From Obrimoposthia wandeli (lineage: Eukaryota), in assembly GCA_977020255.1 (NCBI GenBank), contig CDROCS010001147.1:868001-932000 (forward strand): 64,000 nt of DNA. The letters run 5' to 3'. Below, in pieces: positions 38,803 through 50,127 of this stretch. The position numbers and the translations under genes were made by a program. Each line of letters opens with the position of its first letter. Position 1 is the first letter of the stretch. The notes below the pieces were generated by a model, which was given only the letters and a program-made list of their open reading frames with translations, had not been told where the DNA came from and ran no database searches.

Positions 38803-39830
38803 AGTCTATGTATATGGTTTTACCAAGTAACGGATGTCCGAAGATTCAACCAGATAATTACGCTAGTAGCTTTATTGTCGATTGGGAAAATCCTATAAAT
38901 CTCCAAGGAGAATGGGAAGCGGCTTTAACCGAATTTTCTTTTTATTATTCTCAAATTACTATCAGATAAAACTCACATATTTCGTTTACAAAAGAAGTTG
39001 ATCATGAAAAAACAACTGAAGTTGTAATCGGGTTTGATAGTAAAAGAAAATTCTTTTACAATTGTATAGATAAAGAAGTGAAAGTAATATATGAAAAAAA
39101 CAAAGTCAGATTTAAAAATCGATCAAAACATTTTCAACCTATTCAAATTATATTCGAATCTGGAAAAGAAGCTCTTCAATTCGGTTTTGATAGTAGACAT
39201 GTAGTAGGTATGAAGAGATCTGATATTGTCTCATCTAAAATGTTTAAAAATGTTCCTAGTAGAGTAGTAAGAGTGTTGTTAGTTGAAACGAGACCAAAGA
39301 CTGTAGTGGAACTGAAAATGTTTTCAAAAAATTATAAAATAGATAGTGAAGTGAATTTCTGTAAATTAATACACAAGGAATGTAGTGAATATTTGGATAA
39401 AAGTGAAACATTAAAAAATGGTAAAATAACGTTTACAGTAATGAGCAATATAAAACGAGTTTAATTTGATGATAAACTCGCTAAAAACCTTGGTATAAAC
39501 AGAAATACCTTTGAAACCCATACAATAAAAACCATAAAAGCTAAAAATAAGGCAAAACTTTTAAATGATGTTAATCATTTATATATTTATACTAATTTAA
39601 TAAAACCAACGCTTGTTGGAGGACAACGAGTTCCACTTTTGAGAACAATATGGATATCTAAAAATGAAACTAAAGATGGTGACGCTGTCGGTATGTGTAT
39701 AGATCAACCAATGTATCTTCCAGTTGCTCTCTTTTCTATAAACAATATTGAAGTAAATATTAGAGATAATTCCGGACAACTAATAGATTTCACGTACGGG
39801 GCCAAGACAAGTTAAACAATACATTTAGGA
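38799..39830 (+). pseudogene. Minor capsid (penton-like) protein with three in-frame stops
   Basis: YMVLPSNGCPKIQPDNYASSF...PINLQGEWEAALTEF and LYIYTNLIKPTLVGGQRVPLLR...NNIEVNIRD; ATG overlaps the integrase stop (ATGA). Confidence 0.85.
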
Positions 39831-39837
39831 AAACAAA

Positions 39838-40190
39838 ATGGCGAATCCAGCCAACAAGGTGGATAATTACCATATTTTGTTGGTAAACAATACGGATCTG
39901 GCTGGCTTAGAACATTAGGTAGATTTGCCTTTCCTCTTTTAAAGAGACTCGGGCGATTTATATCAAAATTAGGAAAGGATTACCTTTCATCTAATGACAA
40001 TAAACTAATACCAACTTTTAAGAAGCATGCGCTTGATGAACTTGATAATGTTTTACTTGAAGTTGCTAATTTGATTAGAAAACGTAAATCAAATAAAAGC
40101 CAAGGAGGTAGTGGATTTAAAAGTAAAAAGAAGCTAAAAATTAATATAAACAAACGTAAGAATGTTGAAGGAACAATATTTGCAAAATGA
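39838..40190 (+). pseudogene. Maverick conserved small protein with amphipathic helix after a GxG motif, frameshifted
   Basis: KQYGSGWLRTLGRFAFPLLKRLGRF...SQGGSGFKSKKK; stop overlaps the major capsid ATG. Confidence 0.7.
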
Positions 40191-41416
40191 GTTGCGCCAA
40201 AACTGAATTATGTATTTTTGATAAACCGCTTCCACAAGTAGTTGTAGATAATGCTTCCTTTGAAGAAATATTCCTAGTTAACTCAGTTTCAGGAACCACT
40301 TTAATCGATTTAGAATTTAATATTAATGGTTCCAATAGCGAGTATTTAGATTTGAATGATACTTTGCTTTATGTTCAAATAAAAGTATTAAATCGGGATG
40401 GTACTAATTTAGATGAAAATGCCGATGTAACACCTGTAAATTATCTCTTTAATTCTTTATTTAATGATGCCATTATTACTCTTAATAATGTCAAAATTGA
40501 AGGTGGAAATTCTTCTTATGCTCATAAAGCTTTGATTGAAAGTCTTTTGAATTATAGTACTGATACTCAAAATACTAATTTGGCAACCATTGATTATGAT
40601 AAAACTGTTGCAACTCGCTAAGAATGGATTGCAGGTTCTAAAGCTTACGAAATGTGTGGGTCTTTGAGATTGAATTTCTTTGAAAAACCGAAATATTTAA
40701 TTCCCGGTGTTAATGTACATCTTCGTTTGAAACGTAATAAATGGAATTTTTCTTTGATAAGCACGGACATTCTAAAACCTAGACTTGATATTTTGGATGC
40801 AAAATTGTATGTTCAAAGAGTTAAAACCGAGCAATCAGTTTTAATGGCACATAATATAGGAATGGAAAAAAACAATGCTTGTTATCCTATTAGAGAAACT
40901 AAACTTATATCTTATTCTTTAGGTACGGGTACACAAGCTTTTAATAAGGATCAAACTTTTGGTGATGTAAGATTACCGAAATTCATTTTAATTTCTTTTC
41001 AAAAAACTGCAAAGTTTCTATGAAATTATACGACAGATGCAACTAAATTTGACAATCTTAATGTTGGTTCAGTGACACTTTCAAGAAATACTGATTATCG
41101 TGAAACATATAAAACATATTTCGAAGGTAACGCTTATGCTTTGGCTTATACCCAATCTATTATTCGGAATTTGGGTCAACTAGATAAAAATATAAACAAT
41201 GGTACTTCTTTCACTGACTTTAAAAACAGCTGCCCGTTCTTCACATTTGTTTTGGCACCAGACTTTGATATAAACCAATGCCAACTACCAAAGGATGGAA
41301 ATTTACGACTAGAAATTAAGTTCAATGCAGCTTTAACAAATCCTACTACGGTGCTTATTTACGGAGTATTTGATTCGGAAATACAAATCAATAAAAACAG
41401 AACTGTCATATTATAG
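40187..41416 (+). pseudogene. Major capsid protein (double jelly-roll), one in-frame stop and a frameshift
   Basis: KTELCIFD, LEFNING...YLDLNDT, KYLIPGVNVHLRLKR, LPKFILI, FDINQ...GNLRLEIKF...VLIYGVFDSEIQI; position between small core genes and protease is typical of Mavericks. Confidence 0.88.
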
Positions 41417-41417
41417 A

Positions 41418-41798
41418 ATGGAGTAAGACATATTTTAAATTTATATTTATTAATTTTTATTTAGTTCAAAACAAGTAAAAGAATCAGCAGAGAAGGTCCT
41501 GGGTTATAAATTCAATGGAGTTTATCCTATTGATATGATTCCATTTTTTCAATCAGGAGGTTACATTATCAATACTCATACTTCGAATTTACCAGGAGAA
41601 CATTGGATAGCTATTTATGTTAGAGAGTGGACAATACATGTATTTGATCCACTTGCAATGTCTTATCCCCACAAACTTGTTTCAACTATTCAAAAAGGAC
41701 GAAGAAGAGTATTTTACAACAAGATACAATATCAGGATCCTGCAACGAGAAACTGTGGACATTTATGTATTTTATGGTTATCGTTGCAAAACAATTAG
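41418..41798 (+). CDS. Adenain-like cysteine protease, spliced: join(41418-41422, 41465-41798)
   Basis: ATG GA|GTaaga...tttttatttAG|T (42-nt intron) gives MDSKQVKESAEKVLGYKFNGVYPIDMIP...; catalytic motifs GEHW, VFDP, YQ, NCGHLC. Confidence 0.88.
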
Positions 41799-42071
41799 TG
41801 TGTTATAAAAATAAAAATTTTAAATGTTTTATTTTGAATTATTTTTTAAATCTCTAAAAATAAAAGGGTAAAATAATAAAAGACATAAGACAATTTTTTT
41901 AATACATTTATTAATCACAACATCACAAAGAGATATGTCAGCAAAGATAAGGCATATTAAATAAGGTCCATCCTAAAAAAGTATTGAAATAACAAATAAG
42001 TTAGAGTCTAGGTGCCATAGGGATCTAAAGTTTTAAAAAACTAAACTAAAAAATCAAAAAATGAAAACCGT

Positions 42072-45000
42072 TTAAATTCTGAAGTGTCCATAAGCCAGGC
42101 TAGCGTTTTTTTCTACCCAAAAGCGCTTGTCGTCATTACTACTCAAAGCGATTTTGGTTGATTTATGGGAATACAGTTGATGGGCTCTTGAAATAAATCT
42201 AGTTTGCTCAACGCTTTCAATACACCCAGTATCATAAACTTTCCGGTAGGCCTCATGTGTAAGATTGTTTCTTCCCACACCCTTTGCTCTCATTGAACAT
42301 GTATTATTAGATGCATGTAAACTGTAGCATTTAGGGCGTAGGAAAATACAATCATCATACGAAACCTGTCCCTCGCTTTCATCCTTAAATTTCCCGATAA
42401 TGTCCTTTAAACTCATAGAGTGTAGAGAATGGTTAGCGGGATATTTATGGGTATCTAGTAAGTTGTCCCTAAACATTGCTGGTAATAATTGATTATTTAA
42501 ACTAACATTCCTACATTCTAAAAAGAAAGAGTCAGTGTCCCCTGCCGCGATTTTAATCTCACAATTAAATTCTTGTCGGTATTTCTCCAATTCTATGTAT
42601 TGAAGCTCATACATTCTGAGTTTAGAAATGTCTAAAACCGTTTGACCTATATAACTCGGTCGATCGAGACAAATACTCTGTTTTCCAAATAACACTGCTA
42701 CCAAGTCATCTGCAATTGTAAAACTACGCTTGAAGTTGTACTTACTAGTATATGTTATTAGTTTACGCTCATCATTGCAAAACCGTAGAAAAATAAGTTT
42801 CCGCAAGTCCTCTACAGTTTTTCCAAAGAGACTATTACTTTTTAACTTGTAAAAATCTCGATCGAATTTGCTAGTGGCCAAATTACGTTTTCTTGAATTC
42901 TTCTCAATATAGTCTTTAAACACAAAGTTTTGACTGAAGCTTATAGCACGATGAATTCGAGTAACTTTCGCTCCCAACTTTAAGTAGAATTGAAGAAGCC
43001 GCCAATGCACAACATAATTCAACTTGTCTTTATGGGTTAACAATAATTTCTTAACCTTTGAATTAGGTGGGCATTGATGAACAGGCGCTACTGGAAGATC
43101 ATCTAATTTATCATGCACATTGGGAGGGATTTTTATGTCCACCTCAACCAAATAGCCGACGTCGGATGAAACTGTATCAACAGTAGCCAAATCTGTCATC
43201 AACTTATTCAACTGATCCACATCATAAACCCACTTAAAGTTGGCATGAGGTAGAGGTTGAGTAAGCGCCCACCCATACAAATTATTAATATCGATGTACA
43301 GAATCTCCGTGGATTGATTTTTGACAACATGATGTTTGTTGACAAAAGTCATTCCACCGCGTATACCATTATCATACATTTGATACATCGCGGGATCTTG
43401 CAGTAACTCGATATTAATTTTAAGAGTTTTTATTGCTGTTGCCCATGAAAGACCAGGTAAACTAAAGAAATGCATGGGATCTAGCCCATCTTCTGCTAAA
43501 GACTTTACACGAAAGGACTCAAAAACATCAGCTAAAAGATAAATGTCTAACTTCATATAATAAAGCATATATTCTAAAAGATTTCGACAATTATTCACCC
43601 AAAATGTACGGGCCTCATTATAGTCTTAAAGACTTACACTTTCAAATTCAGTTATGGGTGGGATTTCAGTTGTATTTTTTAAATCTGCGAAAGTTTTCGC
43701 AAATTTATACGGAAAAATCCCCTTATCGTTAACCGAAGCTGGGAACACTGACTGTGTAATTGGCCATGCATTTAATGATGCCGTTAAATTTTTTAAAGAC
43801 CCGCTCAAAAACTGCAGAGAATCTATGAATCTTAAACTGCAGAATTCAGTATATGCAGTTAAAGATAAATATTTCTCTGAAGTTTGAGGTATACATGAAA
43901 TTTCCCAAGAGCTTAAAGTACCCAACGCGTATTTAAGTATATGATGCAAATCATATCCTTTGAGGTTATGAAACACGATGGGAATGCGTGGTTTTTTAGG
44001 GAGACGACGGCCAAGGTTACAAAGGTTGCACGCCGCTCCCAAGTATCGCCCCGTAATATGATCGTGATCTCTGACTAACTTAGACTGGATTCCACACAAA
44101 TAACATAATCTACAAGAATTAAAATTAACCCAGTCTAGGCCTGTCATGATCATTGCTTGCTGAGCATTGAGATCATACCACGGTTTGACAATTGTTGTTC
44201 CTAATTCCTCTAATTTTAACATAAAATCTAAAATACAATTTGGACCGGAAAATTTATGATACTGGGTAATATTGGGGCCTAAGAATAGTAGTCCTGCCGA
44301 AGCCGGTAGGTGAATACTCTCATACTGGTCGTGCAATACTAAAATTGACTCAAAATCTGCATACATCCTGAATTCCATGGGTATGCATTTTGCCCAATCC
44401 CTGAATTTTAAATCCTTATCCTTAGGCATGCTATAAAGCGTATTGTCATCAGGATTCAGTGGACATAATGTCAGATGTTTGCTGTAAGAGAGCTCGGATC
44501 GGAATCCATGCAAACATCTATGACACCACTTATCCTAACCGGTAAGGCTTCATTATCTAAATTTAGAAGACGATCTAAACTGGGAATTGCAGCATAATGG
44601 AATTTATTATTCTGTTCGAGAAAAATTAAGTTGACCTGAGTCCCCTCATTTTTGCTCCTATAAATTACATCTACAAAAGGATTTTTAAATATTTCTTCGT
44701 CTGTTACATTAACTGGGATATCAGTATTATATTTGAATACATTAATACTCAAGTTATTAAGATGTTCAAATCTTGATATCGCAGTTAATTTAACAGGAAA
44801 ATCTATTCCATGATACTGCAATTCATTTAAAAAAGGGATATATTTACTGACACGCTCTCTATGTTCAGTAATTACATCCCTTTTGAGGATGGCCAACACG
44901 CTATACAGAAAGCAAAGGTTATCACTGTTTTGTACGTTAACAATGGAACGTGAAAGTTGAAGAGATCTAGGTGAAGGAATGTATGAACTCCCCGAAAGAT

Positions 45001-46513
45001 ATATAATGTCAGTGAACTTAGTTAGAACAAAGCTAACATCGTGAATTCTAACTAGAGTCCATCCACTACTTAACTCGCTATAATTAGCAATTTTTTCATC
45101 CAGTTTCTTCCAATTTCAGTTACAAAATTATCATAAAAAACAGTTGCTTTATGTGAAATTACCCAAGTTTTAGTTTCCTCATTGACATTTTTAAACTGCA
45201 CTGTTGCGCAAAATTGAACCTTAGCCTGTCCTAATTTAGTCAATTCTGATTTTAAAAGATTTTCAATATTTGAATCTACACCTACGTTTAATAAAATTTC
45301 ATTTCCTAATGGCACCTTAACTATAACATATTTATTATTTAGGTGATACTCTATAGTAGCACCGTTTTCTCTACGTTTTTTTGGTGGGACCTTATTAAGA
45401 AATTGGCCTCGCCTCTTTCTTCCGTTTGTCGCTGACAAACCTCCCCCTTATTGAACGGGAAGACAACTATTTATATTAATAGTTGAGACAATCGCAGTTG
45501 AGGTTGAAGGTGCTGCTATTGAACATGCTGCCGATGTTGAGGCAATTGCAGCTGAAATGGAAGCTGCTGCTATTGTTGATGCTGCCGATGTTGAGGCAAC
45601 CGTAGCTGATGTTGAAGGGGCTACTGTATCAGGTGCTGCCGATGTTAATGAGACAGTGGCAGTTGTAGAGGCTGCATTTGAAGCTGACCTTGCCGATGAA
45701 GAAGCGGCTGTTGTAGAGGTAAGTGCTGCTGAAATAAATATATTAAAAAAATAAATATATTTTTAAAAATTATTACTTCTAAGGCGTGCTAACATCGATG
45801 TAGGCACTCGCGATGGTGGAGGCATTTCTGTTGTAGCAGATGACGATTGTAGAACGCTATTTCCTGAATAAAAAACAAAAAATAAAATATATATATTAAA
45901 AACTAAAATATATAATTAAAAAAAAAAACAACTAATGATGACAATCCAAGTTGAGCTGGAATGAAGTCCTCTTCATTGATGGAATCCATCCAGCTGTCGT
46001 CCGTTGACTCGACGAAATCGGATTCCTCGATGGTCTCCAACCATGAGTTATCGCTCCACTGCTCTATCTAGAAATCTGACTGGGATATGTCATTCATCCA
46101 CTCATTGTTAGACATTTGAGTGGATGGGTCAGAATCAGGAGCCGGGAGACCAATCTCAGGACCGTAAAAGGGTTGATCGACTGCAACTGGAATTGGAGCT
46201 GGAGCGGCCTGCGAATCGCTCACCAATTGCATGATATCTCTCTTCTTATTGTTGGCCGTGAAACACGATAGATGAGCTCGATGTTCACTGAAGAAGTCTC
46301 GAAACTCCTTCTCCTCCATTGTTCTGCAGAAGGGGCAGACAAAGAAGTGAAGCCCGCGAGACTTTGTCCGGTAGTATGCAGACATTGTCTCCATGCAGGT
46401 CTCTCCTCCATGTGGAGCCGAAGCACCACAATACGCAGGAAATAGGTTACAAGTAATCTGAAATAATAAATATTAATAAGGAAATAATAAAAATAAATTC
46501 TTACCATAGACAT
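42072..46513 (-). pseudogene. polB: Protein-primed family B DNA polymerase of element A with zinc-finger/low-complexity N-terminus and endonuclease VII-like insert; spliced and decayed
   Basis: YADFES, FHNLKGYD, LDIYLLADVF, IRGG, YIDINNLYG, KLKSNSLFGK, GDTDS, RPKCY; RDHDHITGRYLGAACNLCN insert; 5' introns 46458-46504, ~45864-45932 and 45729-45776; in-frame stops and frameshifts. Confidence 0.93.
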
Positions 46514-46551
46514 TATTTCAAATTGTCGGGGATTTAAATGAAGAAAGTGTT

Positions 46552-46564
46552 TGCTTATATACTA
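46552..46564 (-). promoter_or_regulatory. Conserved TATA-like box TAGTATATAAGCA upstream of element A polB
   Basis: 38 bp upstream of the ATG; identical 13-mer at 55421-55433 and 53062-53074. Confidence 0.65.
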
Positions 46565-46713
46565 AAATTTATGCACACATGCTCTTTTCCTATTGGATTA
46601 AAAAATTGAGAAGGTTTGTTTATCTGTTAAATGGTCGAAAAAAATATTTTTTTATTCCTCCAATCAAAAGATTTAATTGTAATTGAATGAAAATTATGGA
46701 TTAGAAGAATTGT

Positions 46714-47185
46714 TTATCTACATGTCAAGTAATAATACGAAAGACTTAAACATTTTTTATATGCGCAATGGTCTATAAGCAAATATTTTGTGGAATTTTT
46801 AATAGATGATCACGTAAAATATTTAAAGTATTCAACCTCAATTTGGGGAAATATTTTTTTAAAGTCTTATACTTTTTACCATCCAATTCATCTAAAACAT
46901 AAAAAATTCCATTTCAATATCAAAATTAGATTTAATAGTATCGAAAATACATATTTCACAAAAAGCCTCATGTCTTTCTTTCCATTTTAATAAATGGAAA
47001 TATTTAGTTAGATATAAATTAGTAAATTTTTGCTTATAATCTAAACTTTTAAATGGGATATCTATATGAAATATGAAATGCAAAGGATGAAAAACGTCGT
47101 ATTCATCCATAATACATAATTCTTTTATAATATAATCCCCATTTTTGTTAATGAAAGCCTCAAAATCTATGATATATTCCTGCAT
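46714..47185 (-). pseudogene. DnaQ/DEDD-like exonuclease-fold gene, frameshifted
   Basis: IIDFEAFINKNGDYIIKELCIMD...(fs)FYVLD...KKYFP...HCAYKKC; homologs at 54830-55280 and ~61578-61665. Confidence 0.6.
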
Positions 47186-47338
47186 AATTATCTAAATTTG
47201 TAGCAAATCCCGTTGTTTATAACGAAAAACTGTTAATCAAAAATTTATTAAAATAACGAGGTAGTATTTAGACAATTTCATATTTAGACAATTTTATAAC
47301 ATAATGAATAAAGACAAAGTAATCAATAAAATTAATTT

Positions 47339-47629
47339 TTATGTGGAAGGACCCTCTTCCGGTTTAATCTGGAGGATTCGCTTTCTTGCTGCTCGCCGAA
47401 CATCCTCCGTCTCTTCTCTTCTTTTTTCCTCTACCTTCCTTTTTTCCATTTCGATTTTCTTGTTCCACTCCACGACCCGACGTCGTTCTGCTAGCCGCCT
47501 GTCCTGAATCTCCACCCGACGATTCCACTCGGTCGCGACAGCAGTATACAAATTCTGGTTGAGGATCCTCTTTCGTAAGTCTTCTTTCTTCTCATTTATT
47601 CTTATGTTTGCCTCGATATTCGTCACCAA
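47339..47629 (-). CDS. Element A highly charged, predicted coiled-coil protein
   Basis: 96-aa E/R/K-rich ORF ending KPEEGPST; start uncertain. Confidence 0.55.
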   Translation of the reverse strand: MVTNIEANIRINEKKEDLRKRILNQNLYTAVATEWNRRVEIQDRRLAERRRVVEWNKKIEMEKRKVEEKRREETEDVRRAARKRILQIKPEEGPST

Positions 47630-47942
47630 ACTTTGCTATTTAATAAATTCCATTTTTTAATTATGAAGATGTTAATAAATTTGAACCTATATATATAAAT
47701 TTAAGATATTTTTAATCCAATCACAAGCAATTAAAATATATTTATCAAATGAAAGTTTAATAAATATATAACTAATCATTGCATTTATATTTAATCCTAA
47801 AAATTTTTAATTATTCCTTAATAATCCAATCACATTCGAATAAGTTAACTTTATTTTTAATCTTGTTATTTTAATAAACTTAAGGAGGATATTTTAATAT
47901 TACTAAATTCTAAAATAAATAATAAAAAGACAACACAAGAAA

Positions 47943-48569
47943 CTAATTTTTGTAAATTATATTTTTGAAAATCCTTACGAAGTCTTCATTGGGATCATCC
48001 GGATCGAATTCCCTCCGACATAGTATAATTGGAGAAAGCGGTACTGGCTCCTTCTTCTTTGGCCGGCCCGGTTTCTTTTTCGGCTTCACCGGTTGCTGTA
48101 CAGCAATTGTCCTTCCCTCAGGTTTTGGCAAAAGTTGACGCAACCTTTTGGGAAGAGATGCAGCCGATGTTGATGGCCCTGTCATAGAAGTCATCTTCCT
48201 CTTCCGCGGAGCTTTCTTCTGTTTCTCCTCCTTCTCACGTTGAAGCTGGCATGAGACGGCATCCTGTTGCCCACGCGAATCTAGAAGCATTGCCGGTGAA
48301 TCCAGTTCCGCTAGGAATTCATCCAATCCAGCGTCATCCCAGGCCCTCTTCAAGTTCTGGCTGGTTGTTGGATGAGGAGAAGCAGTCTCATGCAGACGTG
48401 GTTGACTCGAAGGCGGACTTATCTCGATCGGCGAGACTGGGATCCTCTCATATAGGATTGGCCCATCGTCCACTGGAAATGGGAAAATCTCCTGCTGGCC
48501 AATCACCGCCTCAGAATAATGGCCAATTGAGGTGCGAAGTGTGGTTGTTCTAATATATAAAATATTCAC
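47943..48569 (-). CDS. Element A disordered nuclear protein with AT-hook-like motif
   Basis: GC-rich ORF; acidic WDDAGLDEFLAEL, NLS-like PRKRK, KKKPGRPKKK; 5' end probably spliced. Confidence 0.65.
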   Translation of the reverse strand: MNILYIRTTTLRTSIGHYSEAVIGQQEIFPFPVDDGPILYERIPVSPIEISPPSSQPRLHETASPHPTTSQNLKRAWDDAGLDEFLAELDSPAMLLDSRGQQDAVSCQLQREKEEKQKKAPRKRKMTSMTGPSTSAASLPKRLRQLLPKPEGRTIAVQQPVKPKKKPGRPKKKEPVPLSPIILCRREFDPDDPNEDFVRIFKNIIYKN

Positions 48570-48769
48570 TAACAGGGATTTTGATTTGATATAAATACTT
48601 TCTATTTCCTAAGCTTCCATAAAAATTATTTTTAAAAAATGAAAATACGCTTGTACTTATATTCTGTGAAAGAGGAACTAAATAGAAACCACGTCTTTAG
48701 TAGGTAGATGCGCGACTTCAGGAACAAAGCCACCCCCAGAGGACAAGTTCAAGTCACGATGCGGACAAA

Positions 48770-49086
48770 ATGTAGGTCATGACCCCCCAGAGGCCTTTGT
48801 CCTGAAAGACACACATCAAGTAGGGGGATGTGCATCTTTCAGGACAAAGACATTTTGAGCATACTCCCCCTTGAGCACAGCCTAAGGTCACGATGAGGAC
48901 ATGACCTCACGAGGACAAGCTAAGATCACGATGAGGTCAAAGTCATGACCTCATGAAGTCAAGGTCATTTAAGGTCAAGTTAAGGTCACATGAGGACAAT
49001 GTCATTTAAAGTCACGATGAGATCAAAAAGATGACTCATCCTGTGACTCATCGATGACTCATCGATGACTCATTGCATGACTCATA
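48770..49086. promoter_or_regulatory. Putative enhancer: clustered AGGTCA/TGACCT half-sites and five TGACTCA sites
   Basis: TGACTCA at 49032, 49044, 49055, 49066, 49078; about eight AGGTCA/TGACCT hexamers between 48773 and 48988. Confidence 0.55.
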
Positions 49087-49171
49087 TTCTATTTTAGTAA
49101 CATACTTTAAAACTATATATATTTTTATCTAAAGGTTGTATTAACACGCGGTCTTCACCAAAAGACATATC

Positions 49172-49577
49172 GTGTGTGTGTCTATGTTCAGGCTTAACTT
49201 ATATAAATTATTTTAACTAAATTCAATTAAATTATCTACTTATAAAAAAAGTATTATATAATTTGATAAATATGTTTAAAAGTTCGTGTATCTCTCTAAC
49301 AAAGACAGTCACGTACTGCATCTATATTGCAAATACTTACATCTTTATGTAATCAATAGTAATAAGTCACGTACTACATTTATTCTTATACATGTATGTA
49401 TGTGTGTGAGTGTCTAACAAAGACAGTCACCAATACCTACAAGACAGTCACGTACTGTATATATATAGCAAATACTTGCAACTTTATGTAATTACAAATT
49501 CTTTGGAGGTTTTGGTAAAAAGTTTAGTTTTCTACCAAGATAGGATCCATTTAAACTGCACTTACAACTTTATGTAA
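49172..49577 (+). repeat. Left TIR of element B
   Basis: Near-identical to the reverse complement of 59777-60181; several internal aagacagtcac and actttatgtaat motifs. Confidence 0.93.
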
Positions 49578-49845
49578 TTTTACAAAAATATCAAGCATAC
49601 CATCCCCTTTTTGTATACCTCTTATATAATCCACATTCTTTTTCTTTTTATAGCATTTTTATCAACTCTACCAAACCATCTATCTAACAGATTTCCTACC
49701 ATCATATGAATAGCCAAACACTCCATGATTTTATTTTTCGACTTTGATGATTTAGTAGGTTTTTTAGTCATTTTCATTATAAATATTATTAAAGTATCAC
49801 TATTGTTTATATATATATAAAAATAAATACAAAAGACACAAAATC

Positions 49846-50127
49846 TTATTTGTCAACTCTAACAGCTTCAATTATTTTCCATATCGGAGTTTCCAATCCA
49901 CTAATTGCACCGATATTGCATCCTTGAATTATGATTGAGAGAATCCATTCTAATTTAAGAGGAGGTCCATCGAATATTGTTCTATTCTCCTGCTTGAAAG
50001 TGGCAGTTGATTCTTTGATTATGAATTTGTTTTCCTGAAGCGCATAGTTGATTCCGAATTGAATCGAGAGAATATTGATTCTCTCTTTATCCACCAAAGT
50101 CAAATTTGATATCAATTTCAAAATCAA
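49846..50127 (-). CDS. Element B hypothetical protein
   Basis: 93-codon ORF just inside the left TIR; no recognisable motif. Confidence 0.35.
   Translation of the reverse strand: MILKLISNLTLVDKERINILSIQFGINYALQENKFIIKESTATFKQENRTIFDGPPLKLEWILSIIIQGCNIGAISGLETPIWKIIEAVRVDK

Larger units (their letters stand above)
33946..49100. mobile_element. Maverick/Polinton (adintovirus-like) endogenous element A, partly decayed
   Basis: Packaging ATPase, rve integrase with chromodomain, minor and major capsid, adenain protease and protein-primed PolB; left terminus begins AGTAGG; no right TIR found before element B. Confidence 0.93.

Noticed and set aside
40187-41416. Cellular enzyme (e.g. ribonucleotide reductase small subunit) instead of capsid
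   Set aside because: No diiron-carboxylate motifs visible; sequence and gene context fit the Maverick major capsid, with three divergent copies each followed by the protease.
38799-46513. Alternative genetic code or programmed read-through explaining in-frame stops
   Set aside because: Stops align with different residues in paralogs (e.g. Glu, Cys, probable Leu), co-occur with frameshifts, and host exons are stop-free; ordinary decay is sufficient.
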